Below are positions 39,290 through 49,214 of a DNA stretch of 64,000 nucleotides, one piece after another. The position numbers were made by a program, and so were the translations under genes. Positions within the stretch are counted from its first letter, which is position 1; the number at the start of each line of letters is the position of its first letter. Below the pieces are notes generated by a model, which had not been told where the DNA came from, ran no database searches, and saw nothing but the letters and a program-made list of their open reading frames with translations. The stretch comes from Alphaproteobacteria bacterium (lineage in GTDB: Bacteria; Pseudomonadota; Alphaproteobacteria; MPNO01). The stretch spans positions 320,001 to 384,000 of the forward strand of contig CBDFLJ010000002.1 in the NCBI GenBank assembly GCA_965248835.1, written 5' to 3'.

Positions 39290-40274
39290 GACGGATGACT
39301 TGCCCCGCCCCGACCCGCCGATCCGCCGCGTCGTCACCGGCCACGATGCCGCTGGCAGGGCGATCGTGGCCATGGACGGGCCGGCCACGAACCACAAGTG
39401 GCCCGGCGAAGGGCGCGCGGCGGGCATCGTCTCGACGCTGATCTGGAGCACCGACGAATGTCCGGCCGAGATCCGGTCGGAAGAGGATTACGGCGCCCGT
39501 ATCATCCCGACCCAGCCGCCTGCCATGGGCTCGCGGTTCTGCGTGATCGATTTCCAGCCGGGCAATATCGCCCACATGCACCGGACCGATTCGGTGGACT
39601 ACGTGATGTGCCTGTCGGGCGAGATCGACATGGACATGGACGAGTCCACGGTGACCATGCGCACCGGCGACGTGATGGTCCAGCAGGCGACCAACCACTC
39701 CTGGCGGAACCGCGGGACCGAGACCGCGCGCCTCGCCTTCGTCCTGATCGACGGCAAGCCCCCGCCGGGCGGATCGCTCGCGATCGCGGCCGCCATGCCG
39801 GACGCGCAAGCCGGCATGGCGCGGCCCGGATCCGAAATCCGCCGCATCGTCACCAGCCACGACCCGGCGGGCGTCGCACGCCCCATGTGGGACGGCCCGG
39901 CGCTCCACCAGGAGCACAACCCCCGCGGCATCACCGCGACGCTGTTGTGGGGCTCCGACGAGACGCCGGCGGAGACCTGGACGCGCGAGGATTTCGGTGC
40001 ACGCGCGAACGACATCGCGCCGGGCGCGCGCGGCACCTGGTTCCGCATCGTCGACTACCCCGCGGGCACGCCGGGCCGGATGCACCGCACCGACACGCTC
40101 GATTACGCGGTCTGCCTGAAGGGAGCGATCGACATGGAGCTCGACATCGGCCTGGTTCCCTTCCGCGCCGGCGACGTGATGGTCCAGCAGGGCACCAACC
40201 ATAGCTGGGCCAACGCCGGCACCGAGGACTGCCGCATCGCCTTCGTGCTGCTGGATGCGAAGAACCAGACCTGA
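39288..40274 (+). CDS. Tandem double-cupin protein
   Basis: Two homologous halves: IRRVVTGHD...MHRTDSVDY...QQATNHSW and IRRIVTSHD...MHRTDTLDY...QQGTNHSW. Confidence 0.85.
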   Translation: MTDDLPRPDPPIRRVVTGHDAAGRAIVAMDGPATNHKWPGEGRAAGIVSTLIWSTDECPAEIRSEEDYGARIIPTQPPAMGSRFCVIDFQPGNIAHMHRTDSVDYVMCLSGEIDMDMDESTVTMRTGDVMVQQATNHSWRNRGTETARLAFVLIDGKPPPGGSLAIAAAMPDAQAGMARPGSEIRRIVTSHDPAGVARPMWDGPALHQEHNPRGITATLLWGSDETPAETWTREDFGARANDIAPGARGTWFRIVDYPAGTPGRMHRTDTLDYAVCLKGAIDMELDIGLVPFRAGDVMVQQGTNHSWANAGTEDCRIAFVLLDAKNQT

Positions 40275-40348
40275 ACGCTTGCCCCGCCGGTGCCGGCGCC
40301 CTAGTTGGACCTGAAATCAACCACGCCGCGTGTTCAAGGGAGCGCCCG

Positions 40349-41170
40349 ATGGCCGAGACCGCCGCGATCCAGACCGTCAATGCCAGGCTGACCTATTCGG
40401 TCGATATTGGGGTGAAACCGGTCAACGAGACCATGGAAGAAGGCAACATGTCCCGCCGCCGGTCCGGCGTCCAGGAAGACCACCCGATGAGCATCCGCAA
40501 CGGTCGGCCGCTGCGCGATACGTTCTCGCTCGAGGAGTCGGGCTTCGTGTTCGTCGACCACAAGACGGCGATGAAGGATTTCTTCGACATCGAGGAACTC
40601 GAGGCGGTCTACTACCCGGAGGTCGAGCGGCTGGTCGAGGAGCAGACCGGCGCCAGGCGGGTGGTGGTCTTCGACCATACGCTGCGTTCAGGCGACGAGG
40701 ACACCCGCGAGACCCGCAAGGTCCGCGAGCCGGTCAAGGCGGTCCACAACGACTACACCGAATGGTCCGGCCCGCAGCGGGTGCGTGACCTGGTGCCCGA
40801 CGAGGCCGACGAACTGCTCAAGCGCCGGTTCGCCATCGTCCAGGTCTGGCGGGCGATCAACCAGCCGATTCAGTCCGATCCGCTGGCGATCGCCCACGCG
40901 CGCAGCCTTCAGCCGGCCGATCTGATCGCTTCGGAGCGGCGCTATCCCCACCGGGTCGGCGAGACCTACCAGGTCGCCTACAACCCCGATCACAAGTGGT
41001 TCTATTTCCCGGAAATGAACCGCGACGAGGCGCTGGTCTTCAAGGTCTACGATTCAGAGACCGACGGCCGGGCGCGGTTCACCGCCCACACCTCGTTCGG
41101 CGATCCCAACACGCCTCGCGGCGCCCCGGCCCGCGAGAGCATCGAGATGCGCACCATCGCCTTGTTTTAG
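40349..41170 (+). CDS. CmcJ/NvfI (AsaB-like) family oxidoreductase
   Basis: YYPEVERLV, FDHTLR, VHNDYT, VWRAI, TAHTSF and RESIEMR. Confidence 0.82.
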   Translation: MAETAAIQTVNARLTYSVDIGVKPVNETMEEGNMSRRRSGVQEDHPMSIRNGRPLRDTFSLEESGFVFVDHKTAMKDFFDIEELEAVYYPEVERLVEEQTGARRVVVFDHTLRSGDEDTRETRKVREPVKAVHNDYTEWSGPQRVRDLVPDEADELLKRRFAIVQVWRAINQPIQSDPLAIAHARSLQPADLIASERRYPHRVGETYQVAYNPDHKWFYFPEMNRDEALVFKVYDSETDGRARFTAHTSFGDPNTPRGAPARESIEMRTIALF

Positions 41171-41194
41171 AAGCGCCGCCCGGTCGGCGCCGGC

Positions 41195-42250
41195 TCAATT
41201 GACGGCGAAGTGCGGGATCACCTTCTCGCCGAACAGGTGCATCGACCGCTCGGCCGCATCGAAGGGGATGTGGCCGAAATTGACCTGCATCGAGGCGACG
41301 TCGAAGCCGACTGAGTCCTGATAGGCTTGGATCTGGTCGATAATCCGCTCCGGAGAGCCCACCCACGCCGCGCCCGAGGCGACCTGGGTTTCGAAGCTCT
41401 CCTTCTCCAACATTCGATACATCTTCTCGTAGCCCGGATAGTCCTTGCTGGCTGCGCCTTCGACCCACGGCCGGGCGGCGTCGAGGATCGCCTGGAGATA
41501 GCGGTTCAGCGGATCGCGCGCGATGCGGACGGCCTCCGCATCGTCGTCGTGGCAGAACATGTGGAAGGCGAGCATCACCTTGCCTTTTCCGGGATGGCCG
41601 GCGGCCTTCCAGGCCTCGCGGTAAAGCCCCAGCAGCTCGACCATGCGGGTGCTCACCAGCGGGATCGCCATGATGAAATCGCCCTTCTCGCCCGCCTTGA
41701 CGAAGGATTCCGGCGTCGTCGTGGTCGCCGTCCAGATCGGCGGGCGCGGCTTCTGGGTCGGGCGCGGCAGCGAGGTGACGTTGCTGAAGCTGTGGAAGCG
41801 CCCCTCGCAGGTTACGTCCTCCTCCTCCAGGAGCTGGCGGATCTGCGCGGTCCCCTCGTCGAACCGGGCGACGGACTCATCGAGGCTGATGCCGAACTTC
41901 TCGAACTCGTGCGGCAAGAAGGCGCGCGCCATCCCGAGGTCCAGCCGCCCGCCGGAGAGCGCATCCACCATGCCGGCCTCGCCGGCGATCTTCAGCGGGT
42001 TGTTGAAGACCGGCAGGACCGCGCCGGTGACCATGCGCGCCTTCCTGGTGCGCTGGCATGCGGCGGCGAGGAAGACCATCGGTGCCGGCGCGTAGCCGCC
42101 ATAGGACAGGAAATAATGCTCGACCGTGCGGGCGTGGCTGTAGCCGTAGACGTCCATCAGGTCGCACAGCGACAGGCATTCCGCGTAATACTGCGCGCCC
42201 GTCTTGGTCTCCGGGCCGACCGAGGGGAAGAACTGGACGCCGAACTCCAT
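41195..42250 (-). CDS. LLM-class flavin-dependent oxidoreductase (luciferase-like)
   Basis: VEHYF..YGG, MVDALSGGRLDLG, PRPTQKPRPPIW and VGSPERI. Confidence 0.9.
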   Translation of the reverse strand: MEFGVQFFPSVGPETKTGAQYYAECLSLCDLMDVYGYSHARTVEHYFLSYGGYAPAPMVFLAAACQRTRKARMVTGAVLPVFNNPLKIAGEAGMVDALSGGRLDLGMARAFLPHEFEKFGISLDESVARFDEGTAQIRQLLEEEDVTCEGRFHSFSNVTSLPRPTQKPRPPIWTATTTTPESFVKAGEKGDFIMAIPLVSTRMVELLGLYREAWKAAGHPGKGKVMLAFHMFCHDDDAEAVRIARDPLNRYLQAILDAARPWVEGAASKDYPGYEKMYRMLEKESFETQVASGAAWVGSPERIIDQIQAYQDSVGFDVASMQVNFGHIPFDAAERSMHLFGEKVIPHFAVN

Positions 42251-42283
42251 CGCCGCTGCTCCTTGGGCAATTTCGGGATGCGG

Positions 42284-43015
42284 TCAGGCGGCGACGCCGA
42301 CCGGCAGGATCTCGTGCTCCTTCAGGTGGTGCTCGCGATAGACTTCGGTGATCGAAGCCCAGCGCAGCCGGCAGGCGTCCTCGCACACCTTGAGCGCGCG
42401 CGGCAGGTCGTTGGTGCCCTCCAGATAGCGTTTGCACAGCGCCATCTGGCGCTCGCTGTGCTCGAGGTCGGCCTCGGCATGCTCGACGAAGAAGTCGATC
42501 TTGGGATCGGTGCGCTCGAAGCCGTAATGCGTCTCGAAGGCCGGGATGGTCACCTCGTTGTTCAGCGCGACCTGCTGGCCCTCCTGGGTCGACTGCATCG
42601 CGAGCGCGACGCCCAGCGGCTCATCGCGCAGGCAGTGGATGTAGTGCAGCGAGCGCGCCCACCAGGCGGGCGGCATCTGCGTGTTGCGCACCTCCCGCTC
42701 CGGCAGCCCGGCCGCGGCGCAGAACCGGAAGATCATCTCGTTGTGGTTATGGGGCACGTGGCCTTCCTTGGGGATGGCCGCCAGCCCCTGCTCCTCGGCC
42801 AGGTTCTCGATCAGCGCGACCTGGATGTCCTCGGGCGCGCGGTAGAACAGCAGTCCGAAGGACGGCTGGACCATCTCGACGAACTTGAAGTGGTTGGCCA
42901 TGTAGACGCCCAGCGCATGGAGTTCCAGCTCGCCCACGGCCATTGCCTGGAAGAACGGGTGGTTCTTGGTATGCCATTTCTCGCGGATAGCGTTGATCTG
43001 GTCTGCGGCGCTCAT
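42284..43015 (-). CDS. Heme-oxygenase-like di-iron protein (CADD/PqqC/TenA fold), second paralog
   Basis: NHPFF, ENLAEE...HNH, QEGQ and HAEADLEH. Confidence 0.8.
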   Translation of the reverse strand: MSAADQINAIREKWHTKNHPFFQAMAVGELELHALGVYMANHFKFVEMVQPSFGLLFYRAPEDIQVALIENLAEEQGLAAIPKEGHVPHNHNEMIFRFCAAAGLPEREVRNTQMPPAWWARSLHYIHCLRDEPLGVALAMQSTQEGQQVALNNEVTIPAFETHYGFERTDPKIDFFVEHAEADLEHSERQMALCKRYLEGTNDLPRALKVCEDACRLRWASITEVYREHHLKEHEILPVGVAA

Positions 43016-43171
43016 GATCTCATCCCTTAAGGCGTGCGGTTGCCGTGATGCTATCGCGAGCCTCGCGCCCCCTCAACCCGCCGCCTCCCATTTCATGAAC
43101 CAGGACATTGTCGCCTGTCCGGCGGCGTGCTAGCACGTTGGTGACGCGCGATCGGCCGGGGGAGACATGCC

Positions 43172-43945
43172 ATGGGCAGGCCCGCAATGCTCAGCAACGA
43201 CATCTCGGAGTCCGAATGGAAGGAGCGGGTCGACCTGGCCGCGGCGTTCCGGCTGGTCGACCTCTACGGCTGGTCGGATCTCCTGGGCACCCACCTGTCG
43301 GCACGGGTGCCCGATGCGCCCGATCAGTTCCTGATCAACCCCTTCGGCATGCTTTTCGAGGAGATCACCGCCTCCTGCCTGGTCAAGGTCGACGAGGACG
43401 GCAACGAGCTCAGCCCTTCGACGTTCGGAATCAACCCGGCAGGTTTCACCATTCACAGCGCGGTCCACAAGGCCCGGCCCGAAGCGGGCTGTGTGATCCA
43501 CACCCATACCCAGTCCGGTGTCGGGGTCGCCACCCAGGACGACGGCCTGTTGCCGCTCAGCCAGCACGCACTCGCGGTCCTTGCCCATACCGGTTACCAC
43601 GACTACGAGGGGATCGCCTTCGACCTCGGCGAGCGCGAGCGGCTTGCCGCGAACCTCGCCGGCCACAACGTCCTGATCCTGCGCAACCACGGCCTGCTTA
43701 CGGTCGGCAGGACGGTCGGCGAGGCGTTCATGTGGATGTATCGCGCCGAGCGCGCCTGCAAGTTCCAGCTCGCCTTCCAGCAGGCCGGCGCCGTCCCCCG
43801 CGAGATCTCGGAAGACGTGCAGCGGGTTACCGCCGAGCGCAACCGGCACGCTATCTCGAACGCCGGCTACCGGCCGATCGGCGAGCGCGAATGGCCGGCG
43901 CTGGTCCGCAAGCTCGACCGCGACAACCCCGGCTATGCCGATTAA
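43172..43945 (+). CDS. Class II aldolase/adducin family protein
   Basis: THLSARVP, GFTIHSAVH, HTHT and LRNHG. Confidence 0.92.
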   Translation: MGRPAMLSNDISESEWKERVDLAAAFRLVDLYGWSDLLGTHLSARVPDAPDQFLINPFGMLFEEITASCLVKVDEDGNELSPSTFGINPAGFTIHSAVHKARPEAGCVIHTHTQSGVGVATQDDGLLPLSQHALAVLAHTGYHDYEGIAFDLGERERLAANLAGHNVLILRNHGLLTVGRTVGEAFMWMYRAERACKFQLAFQQAGAVPREISEDVQRVTAERNRHAISNAGYRPIGEREWPALVRKLDRDNPGYAD

Positions 43946-43974
43946 GCTGTCACCACAACGAGGAGGGTCCACCC

Positions 43975-44319
43975 ATGACCATCGACAGGATCAAACCGGG
44001 CGCCTGGAACAGCCGGGTGGTGGTGCACGGCGGGCTGGCCTATCTGTCCGGTATCGTCGCCGAGGACAAAACCCGCGACGTCAAGGGTCAGACCGAACAG
44101 GTGCTGGCGCAGATCGACGGCTTCCTGGCCGAGGCGGGGACCGACAAGTCGCGGATCCTGTCCGCGACCGTCTACATGGCCGATCTGTCGCAGAAGGATG
44201 CGATGAACGAGGCCTGGATGGCCTGGCTCGATCCCGCCTGCGTGCCTGCGCGTGCCGCGGTCGGGGTCGTGCTGACGCCCGGCACCGAGGTCGAGATCAT
44301 GCTCGTCGCCGCGGTATAA
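43975..44319 (+). CDS. Rid family protein (YoaB-like, catalytic Arg retained)
   Basis: YLSG, AGTDKSRIL, MNEAW, PARAAV and VEI; GAGGAGG RBS. Confidence 0.88.
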   Translation: MTIDRIKPGAWNSRVVVHGGLAYLSGIVAEDKTRDVKGQTEQVLAQIDGFLAEAGTDKSRILSATVYMADLSQKDAMNEAWMAWLDPACVPARAAVGVVLTPGTEVEIMLVAAV

Positions 44320-44383
44320 TTCGTTATCCGCGCCGGCGAATTGCGATAAGCTTCCCCATCGTCCAAGCGGAACGGAGGCTCCG

Positions 44384-44794
44384 ATGTCGGAATTCAAGCA
44401 AAAGCTGGTGATCAGCCACGCCGACGGCGCGGTCTATGGGAAAGCCGGCATACGCGATCAGTTCGTGTACCGCCATTTCGGCATCGAAGAGGCGACCGGC
44501 GGCAAATACGGTGCACACCTGATTCGCGGCGGCGATGGACCTCCGCCGATCGAGGACCACCTGCACACCGACATCGATTTCCTGATCGTCTATGTGGTCA
44601 GCGGATGGGTGAAGTTCTGGTACGAGGGCCACGGCGAGGAAACGCTGCGAGCGGGCTCGGTCCATATGCTGCCGCCGGAGATCAAGCACGGCGTGCTGGA
44701 CTGGTCCGACGACCTGGAAATGCTCGAGATCACCTCGCCGGCCGAGTACGGCACCCGCGCGCTGACCGCCGAAGAGATGGCGGTGACCGCCTGA
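44384..44794 (+). CDS. Cupin domain protein
   Basis: YRHFGIEEATGG, HLHTDIDF, PPEIKH and LEITSPAEY. Confidence 0.85.
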   Translation: MSEFKQKLVISHADGAVYGKAGIRDQFVYRHFGIEEATGGKYGAHLIRGGDGPPPIEDHLHTDIDFLIVYVVSGWVKFWYEGHGEETLRAGSVHMLPPEIKHGVLDWSDDLEMLEITSPAEYGTRALTAEEMAVTA

Positions 44795-44807
44795 GAAGGG
44801 CGCCGCC

Positions 44808-45656
44808 TTAAAAGTCTGCCCAGTCCGGCCTTTGGACCGTGATGTCCGCCGCGCCGGCCTGCAGCTTCTCGGCGGCTTCGATCGCCTCCAGGCGCAGCAT
44901 GGCCAGGCCGAGTTCGCCGGTGCTGCCCCTCATTTCGCCGACCTGCGCCGCGCCGCGGTGAACCGCCGTCCCGGGCGGCGGGGCGGGGCCGTCGATGCGC
45001 ACCGGCACCAGGCGCTTGCGCACCAGGGCGCGGTGCTTCATCCGCGCGGTGACCTCCTGGCCGACATAGCATCCCTTCTCGAAATCGACGCCGTTCAACG
45101 CCTCGAAACCGTTCTCGAGCAGGAAGGACTTCTCCGAAACCAGGTCGCGGCTGCCGTCCGGGACGCCGAGGCGGATGCGCAAGCCGTCATAGTCCGCGCG
45201 CGCGGCGGGCCGCAGGCCGGCCGCGGCAAGCGCCCCGCGGTCCGCCGGCGCGATGATCACCCGGGCACCCAGCCCCTCGATGCGTGGATCGGGGAATGAA
45301 AGCCCGCGCCCGAGTCGGGCGGCGGCCGCCGCCGCACCGTCGCCGATCACCGCATGGACCTCGAGGTCGAAGCCGTCCTCGATCGCGACCTTGGCGCGCA
45401 GCCGGTACATCAAAAGCCGGCGGCGCAGCGCCTGTTGCCCGGCCGCCTCGCAATCGAGCCACAGCGCATCGCCGCTTGCGATGACGAAGAAGTCGAACAG
45501 GTATTTGCCCTGGGGGGTCAGCAGGGCGGCGTGGATCGCCTCGGTCCCGGTGACCTTGTCGATATCGTTGGAGATCAGGCCCTGCAGGAAGGGCCGCGCG
45601 TCCTCGCCGGAGACCGACAGCACGGCACGATCCTCGAGTCTGATGTATTCCGGCAT
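44808..45656 (-). CDS. ygfZ: Folate-binding Fe-S cluster repair protein YgfZ
   Basis: FLQGLISND, LLTPQGK and signature KGCYVGQE. Confidence 0.9.
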   Translation of the reverse strand: MPEYIRLEDRAVLSVSGEDARPFLQGLISNDIDKVTGTEAIHAALLTPQGKYLFDFFVIASGDALWLDCEAAGQQALRRRLLMYRLRAKVAIEDGFDLEVHAVIGDGAAAAAARLGRGLSFPDPRIEGLGARVIIAPADRGALAAAGLRPAARADYDGLRIRLGVPDGSRDLVSEKSFLLENGFEALNGVDFEKGCYVGQEVTARMKHRALVRKRLVPVRIDGPAPPPGTAVHRGAAQVGEMRGSTGELGLAMLRLEAIEAAEKLQAGAADITVQRPDWADF

Positions 45657-45807
45657 CGCCTGGTCCACCGACGCAATATTCGGGCTCACAGTGAAGTGGC
45701 ATGCCTGATCGCCCTCGGCAAGGCCGGAAGGCCCGAACAGGTCCGCTTGACGAGTCTTTCGCGAACGGCTTATTCGTCGGGCAGATTGGCTGGTTTGGAA
45801 CAGGATC

Positions 45808-46803
45808 ATGAGTGAACGGTTCCGGGCGCTCGTCCTGGAAGAGGGCAAGGACGGCCCGGTGGCGACAATCGCGGAGCTCGACGAGGCGGCGCTGCCGCAG
45901 GGCGAGGTGACGGTCGCGGTCGCGTATTCGGGGCTGAACTACAAGGACGGCATGATCCTCAAGGGGCTTGGCCGGCTGGTGCGCAGCTATCCGCATGTCC
46001 CGGGCATCGATCTGGCCGGCACCGTGGCGGAGTCGGCCTCGGCGAACTTCGCGGTCGGCGACAAGGTGCTGGTGACCGGCTACCGGATGGGCGAGGTCCA
46101 TTGGGGCGGCTATGCCCAGCGCGCCCGGGTGCCGGCCGAATGGGTGGTCAAGTGCCCCGACGGGCTCGATCCGTTTCAGGCAATGGCGCTCGGGACGGCC
46201 GGGTTCACCGCGATGATCGCGGTCATCGCGCTCGAACAGGCCGGGCTCAGGCCGGGCGCGGGCGAGGTGTTGGTCACCGGCGCCAACGGCGGGGTCGGCA
46301 GCGTCGCGGTGAGCTTGCTGGCGGCGCTTGGCCACGAGGTGGTGGCCTCCACCGGACGGCCGGAGACCGGGGCGGCGCTGAAGGCGCTCGGGGCCGCGAC
46401 GGTCATCGACCGCGCCGAGCTCGCCGCAGCGCCCGACCGTCCGCTGTTGAACGAGCGCTGGGCCGGCGCGGTCGATGCGGTCGGCGGCACCACGCTCGCC
46501 TCGATCCTGGCCGGGCTGCGCTACGGCGCTGCGGTCGCGGCCTGCGGGCTTGCCGGCGGCAGTGCGCTGGAGACCACGGTGATCCCGTTCCTGTTGCGCG
46601 GCGTCCGGCTGCTGGGGATCGATTCGGTGATGTATCCGCACGCGCCTCGGCTGGAAGCCTGGCAGCGGCTCGCCACCTTGCTGCCCAAAGACGCCTTCAA
46701 CCAGTTCGCCGGCACCGTGCCGCTCGACGCGCTGCCCGGTCTTGCCGAAGAGATCCTCCAGGGCCGCACGCGCGGCCGCACGGTGGTCGATGTCAACGCC
46801 TGA
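45808..46803 (+). CDS. acuI: Acryloyl-CoA reductase AcuI/YhdH-type MDR oxidoreductase
   Basis: LNYKDG, PGIDLAG, GTAGFTA, TGANGGVGS and PFLLRGVRLLGIDSV. Confidence 0.8.
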   Translation: MSERFRALVLEEGKDGPVATIAELDEAALPQGEVTVAVAYSGLNYKDGMILKGLGRLVRSYPHVPGIDLAGTVAESASANFAVGDKVLVTGYRMGEVHWGGYAQRARVPAEWVVKCPDGLDPFQAMALGTAGFTAMIAVIALEQAGLRPGAGEVLVTGANGGVGSVAVSLLAALGHEVVASTGRPETGAALKALGAATVIDRAELAAAPDRPLLNERWAGAVDAVGGTTLASILAGLRYGAAVAACGLAGGSALETTVIPFLLRGVRLLGIDSVMYPHAPRLEAWQRLATLLPKDAFNQFAGTVPLDALPGLAEEILQGRTRGRTVVDVNA

Positions 46804-46924
46804 CCCGGCCAGCGGTTTGCAACCTTTTCGTTCGCGCGATGCCGTCGTTACCCGCGTCGCTGCGTGGAACCGGTTCGGGCGGTGGCCGGGGCTTTCAGCG
46901 GGTTTTCTCGCTGCGTGTTCGTTC

Positions 46925-47317
46925 TTGTCGCGGCGACGGCGGCCACGGCCCGGTTCGATCCTTCGGCCGCTTGCGCTCGCCCCGGCGCTTGCGGGCATTC
47001 ACGCGGGTGCCGTGACCGCCCAGGTCGAGGTTCCGGTGACCTTCGGCGATTCGATGCGCTGGTACTCTCGGGCCGCCGAGGTCGGTTTCGCGCCCGCCCA
47101 GCTCAATCTCGGCGTGCTCTATGCCAAAGGTGACGGTGTCGAGCCCGATCCGGTCGAAGCCTGGGTGTGGTTCGACCGTGCTGCGTCCAAGGACCAGCCC
47201 CAGGCTGAAATCTTCCGCAGCCGGCTCGAAGGCATGATGAGCGAGGCGGAGCGTCGGCGTGTACGCGCCGCCGCCAAGAAGCGCCGCGCCCGCCTCGCCC
47301 CCGGCCAGGCGCGGTGA
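46925..47317 (+). CDS. Small, possibly exported Sel1-repeat protein (start uncertain)
   Basis: WYSRAAEVGFAPAQLNLGVLYAKGDGV...EAWVWFDRAA; TTG 46925 gives a signal-like N-terminus. Confidence 0.55.
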   Translation: MSRRRRPRPGSILRPLALAPALAGIHAGAVTAQVEVPVTFGDSMRWYSRAAEVGFAPAQLNLGVLYAKGDGVEPDPVEAWVWFDRAASKDQPQAEIFRSRLEGMMSEAERRRVRAAAKKRRARLAPGQAR

Positions 47318-47383
47318 GCGCCGCCGTGATCCACGCGTGAACGGTGCCCGGGCCCGACCGACCCAGTTGGATTGGGACATACA

Positions 47384-49048
47384 TTAGGCCTGGCGGTGGA
47401 CGAAGCTGCCGCCGAGGACCGTTGCCAGGCAGTCGATGTCCTCGAATTCACGCGGGTCGATGTCGAGCGGGTTCTTGGAAAGCACCGCGCAGTCGGCGAG
47501 CCAGCCCGGCATCAGCCGGCCCTTGCGGCCTTCCTCGAAGGTGAACCAGGACCCGGCCGCGGTCACCATTTCCAGCGCCGCCTCGGCCGAAAGCCGTGCC
47601 GAGGCGCCCAGCACGCGGCTGGTCGTTCGCTCGCTGCGCAGCATCATCGCTGCCATCGTCGCCAGGGGATCGTAGGGCACGTTGTCGGTGCCCGCCGCAA
47701 CCGGCACGCCACGCTCGCGCAGCGGTTTTGCCGGCACCAGAAGCGCTTCCTCCTCCGCCGACAGGTCGAAGAACCTGGTGCCGTTCTTCCACAGGTGATG
47801 CAGCGGAATCAGCGTAACCCCGAGCCCCATCGCCTCGATGGCGTGCAGGTCCTCCGCGCGTGACAGGCTGAGATGCTCCAGCACCCAGCGGCGGCCGCGC
47901 AGGTCGAACCTTGCGTGGACGCGCTCGAGGATCGGCAGGATCGTCGCCTGAACGCCCGCCGAGGCGATGGTGTGCACGCGGATGCCGTGCTCGGCGGCCA
48001 GCATGCACAGACGCTCGAACGCCTCCGGTTCATGGGCATGCCAGTGGAAGCTCCAATATCCGGTATCGTTGCCCCGGCTGCGCGCGAGCCCGGCCGCGAC
48101 CGGATCGCCGCCGAAGCCGATGTGGATACCCGACACCCGGTACATTGCATCGCCCAGCCCCGCGCCCCGCGCGGGACCGAGCCAGTCGCGCATGACAGCC
48201 TCGGCGTCCTCAAGCGAGCGCCAGGCAGGGTTGACGACCATGCCGACCCGCATCGTCAGCGCGCCCGCCTGCCACAAATCCTGGTAGATCCGCATGAACG
48301 CGGGCGAGCAGCCGTGGCCCTCGTAGATGCTGGTCGTCCCCTTGGCGTTGTAGAGCCGCATCGCCTCGCGGACCCCCGCCGTCCGTTCCGCCGTCGAGAA
48401 GCCAGGGACCGCCGGCAGCAGGTCGAGCTGGACCGACTCGCGGGGGTTGTCGTCGGATATCACCCCGGTCGGCTCGCCGTCGGAATCCTTGAGGATCGTG
48501 ATGCCGGCAAGGCGCGGGGTGGTGTCGCGGTCGATCGCGTTGAGCGCCAAGCCCGCCGAATTGAGCGCGGTAAAACAAGGCGGGGTGCCCCAATAGCCCG
48601 AGGGCGGCAGAATGCACACCGGATTCGCGGGCGCGGCCCGGTCGAGCTCGCGGCGCGTCGGCATGCGCCCTTCCGACAGGGCCGCCGGGCCGTCGAAGTA
48701 ATAGGGCGGGGTGCCGACCGGCATGGTGATGATCCACTCGCCCGCGGCCCGCGCGGCGGCCAGCGATTCGATACGGGCGAGCACGTCCCCGACGGAGGCC
48801 GCCCCGGCGAGCGAGGGGCGGGCGGCCTTGATGCCCTCGGTATCCATGTGCGCGTGGGTATCGTTGAAGCCCGGGATGATCGACGCCGCGCCGAAGTCGA
48901 CGATCTCGGCTTCGCCGCGGGTTGCGCCCAGCACGTCCTCGCGCGATCCGACAGCCAGGATCCGCCCGTCGCGCAGCGCAAGCGCCTGCGCGCGCGCGCC
49001 CGCGCCGTCGAGCGTGATCACCTCGCCCAGCAGGATCAGGTCCGCCAT
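47384..49048 (-). CDS. Amidohydrolase family 3 (YtcJ-like) protein
   Basis: PGFNDTHAH, RVHTI, LEH, AGTD and GWLADCAVLS. Confidence 0.88.
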   Translation of the reverse strand: MADLILLGEVITLDGAGARAQALALRDGRILAVGSREDVLGATRGEAEIVDFGAASIIPGFNDTHAHMDTEGIKAARPSLAGAASVGDVLARIESLAAARAAGEWIITMPVGTPPYYFDGPAALSEGRMPTRRELDRAAPANPVCILPPSGYWGTPPCFTALNSAGLALNAIDRDTTPRLAGITILKDSDGEPTGVISDDNPRESVQLDLLPAVPGFSTAERTAGVREAMRLYNAKGTTSIYEGHGCSPAFMRIYQDLWQAGALTMRVGMVVNPAWRSLEDAEAVMRDWLGPARGAGLGDAMYRVSGIHIGFGGDPVAAGLARSRGNDTGYWSFHWHAHEPEAFERLCMLAAEHGIRVHTIASAGVQATILPILERVHARFDLRGRRWVLEHLSLSRAEDLHAIEAMGLGVTLIPLHHLWKNGTRFFDLSAEEEALLVPAKPLRERGVPVAAGTDNVPYDPLATMAAMMLRSERTTSRVLGASARLSAEAALEMVTAAGSWFTFEEGRKGRLMPGWLADCAVLSKNPLDIDPREFEDIDCLATVLGGSFVHRQA

Positions 49049-49214
49049 CGCCGCCTCCCGTCCCGACGCCCCAGTCTATCGCATGTCCCGAAAGAGCCGG
49101 ACCGGATCCACCGGATCGGACGATGCGCCGGCGCCGCCGGGCCGGGCGTTGCGCGCGCCCCTGCCATGGGCGAGGATCGCCCCTGTCGGTGCGCGATTGG
49201 ACGAAGGAGCTTCC

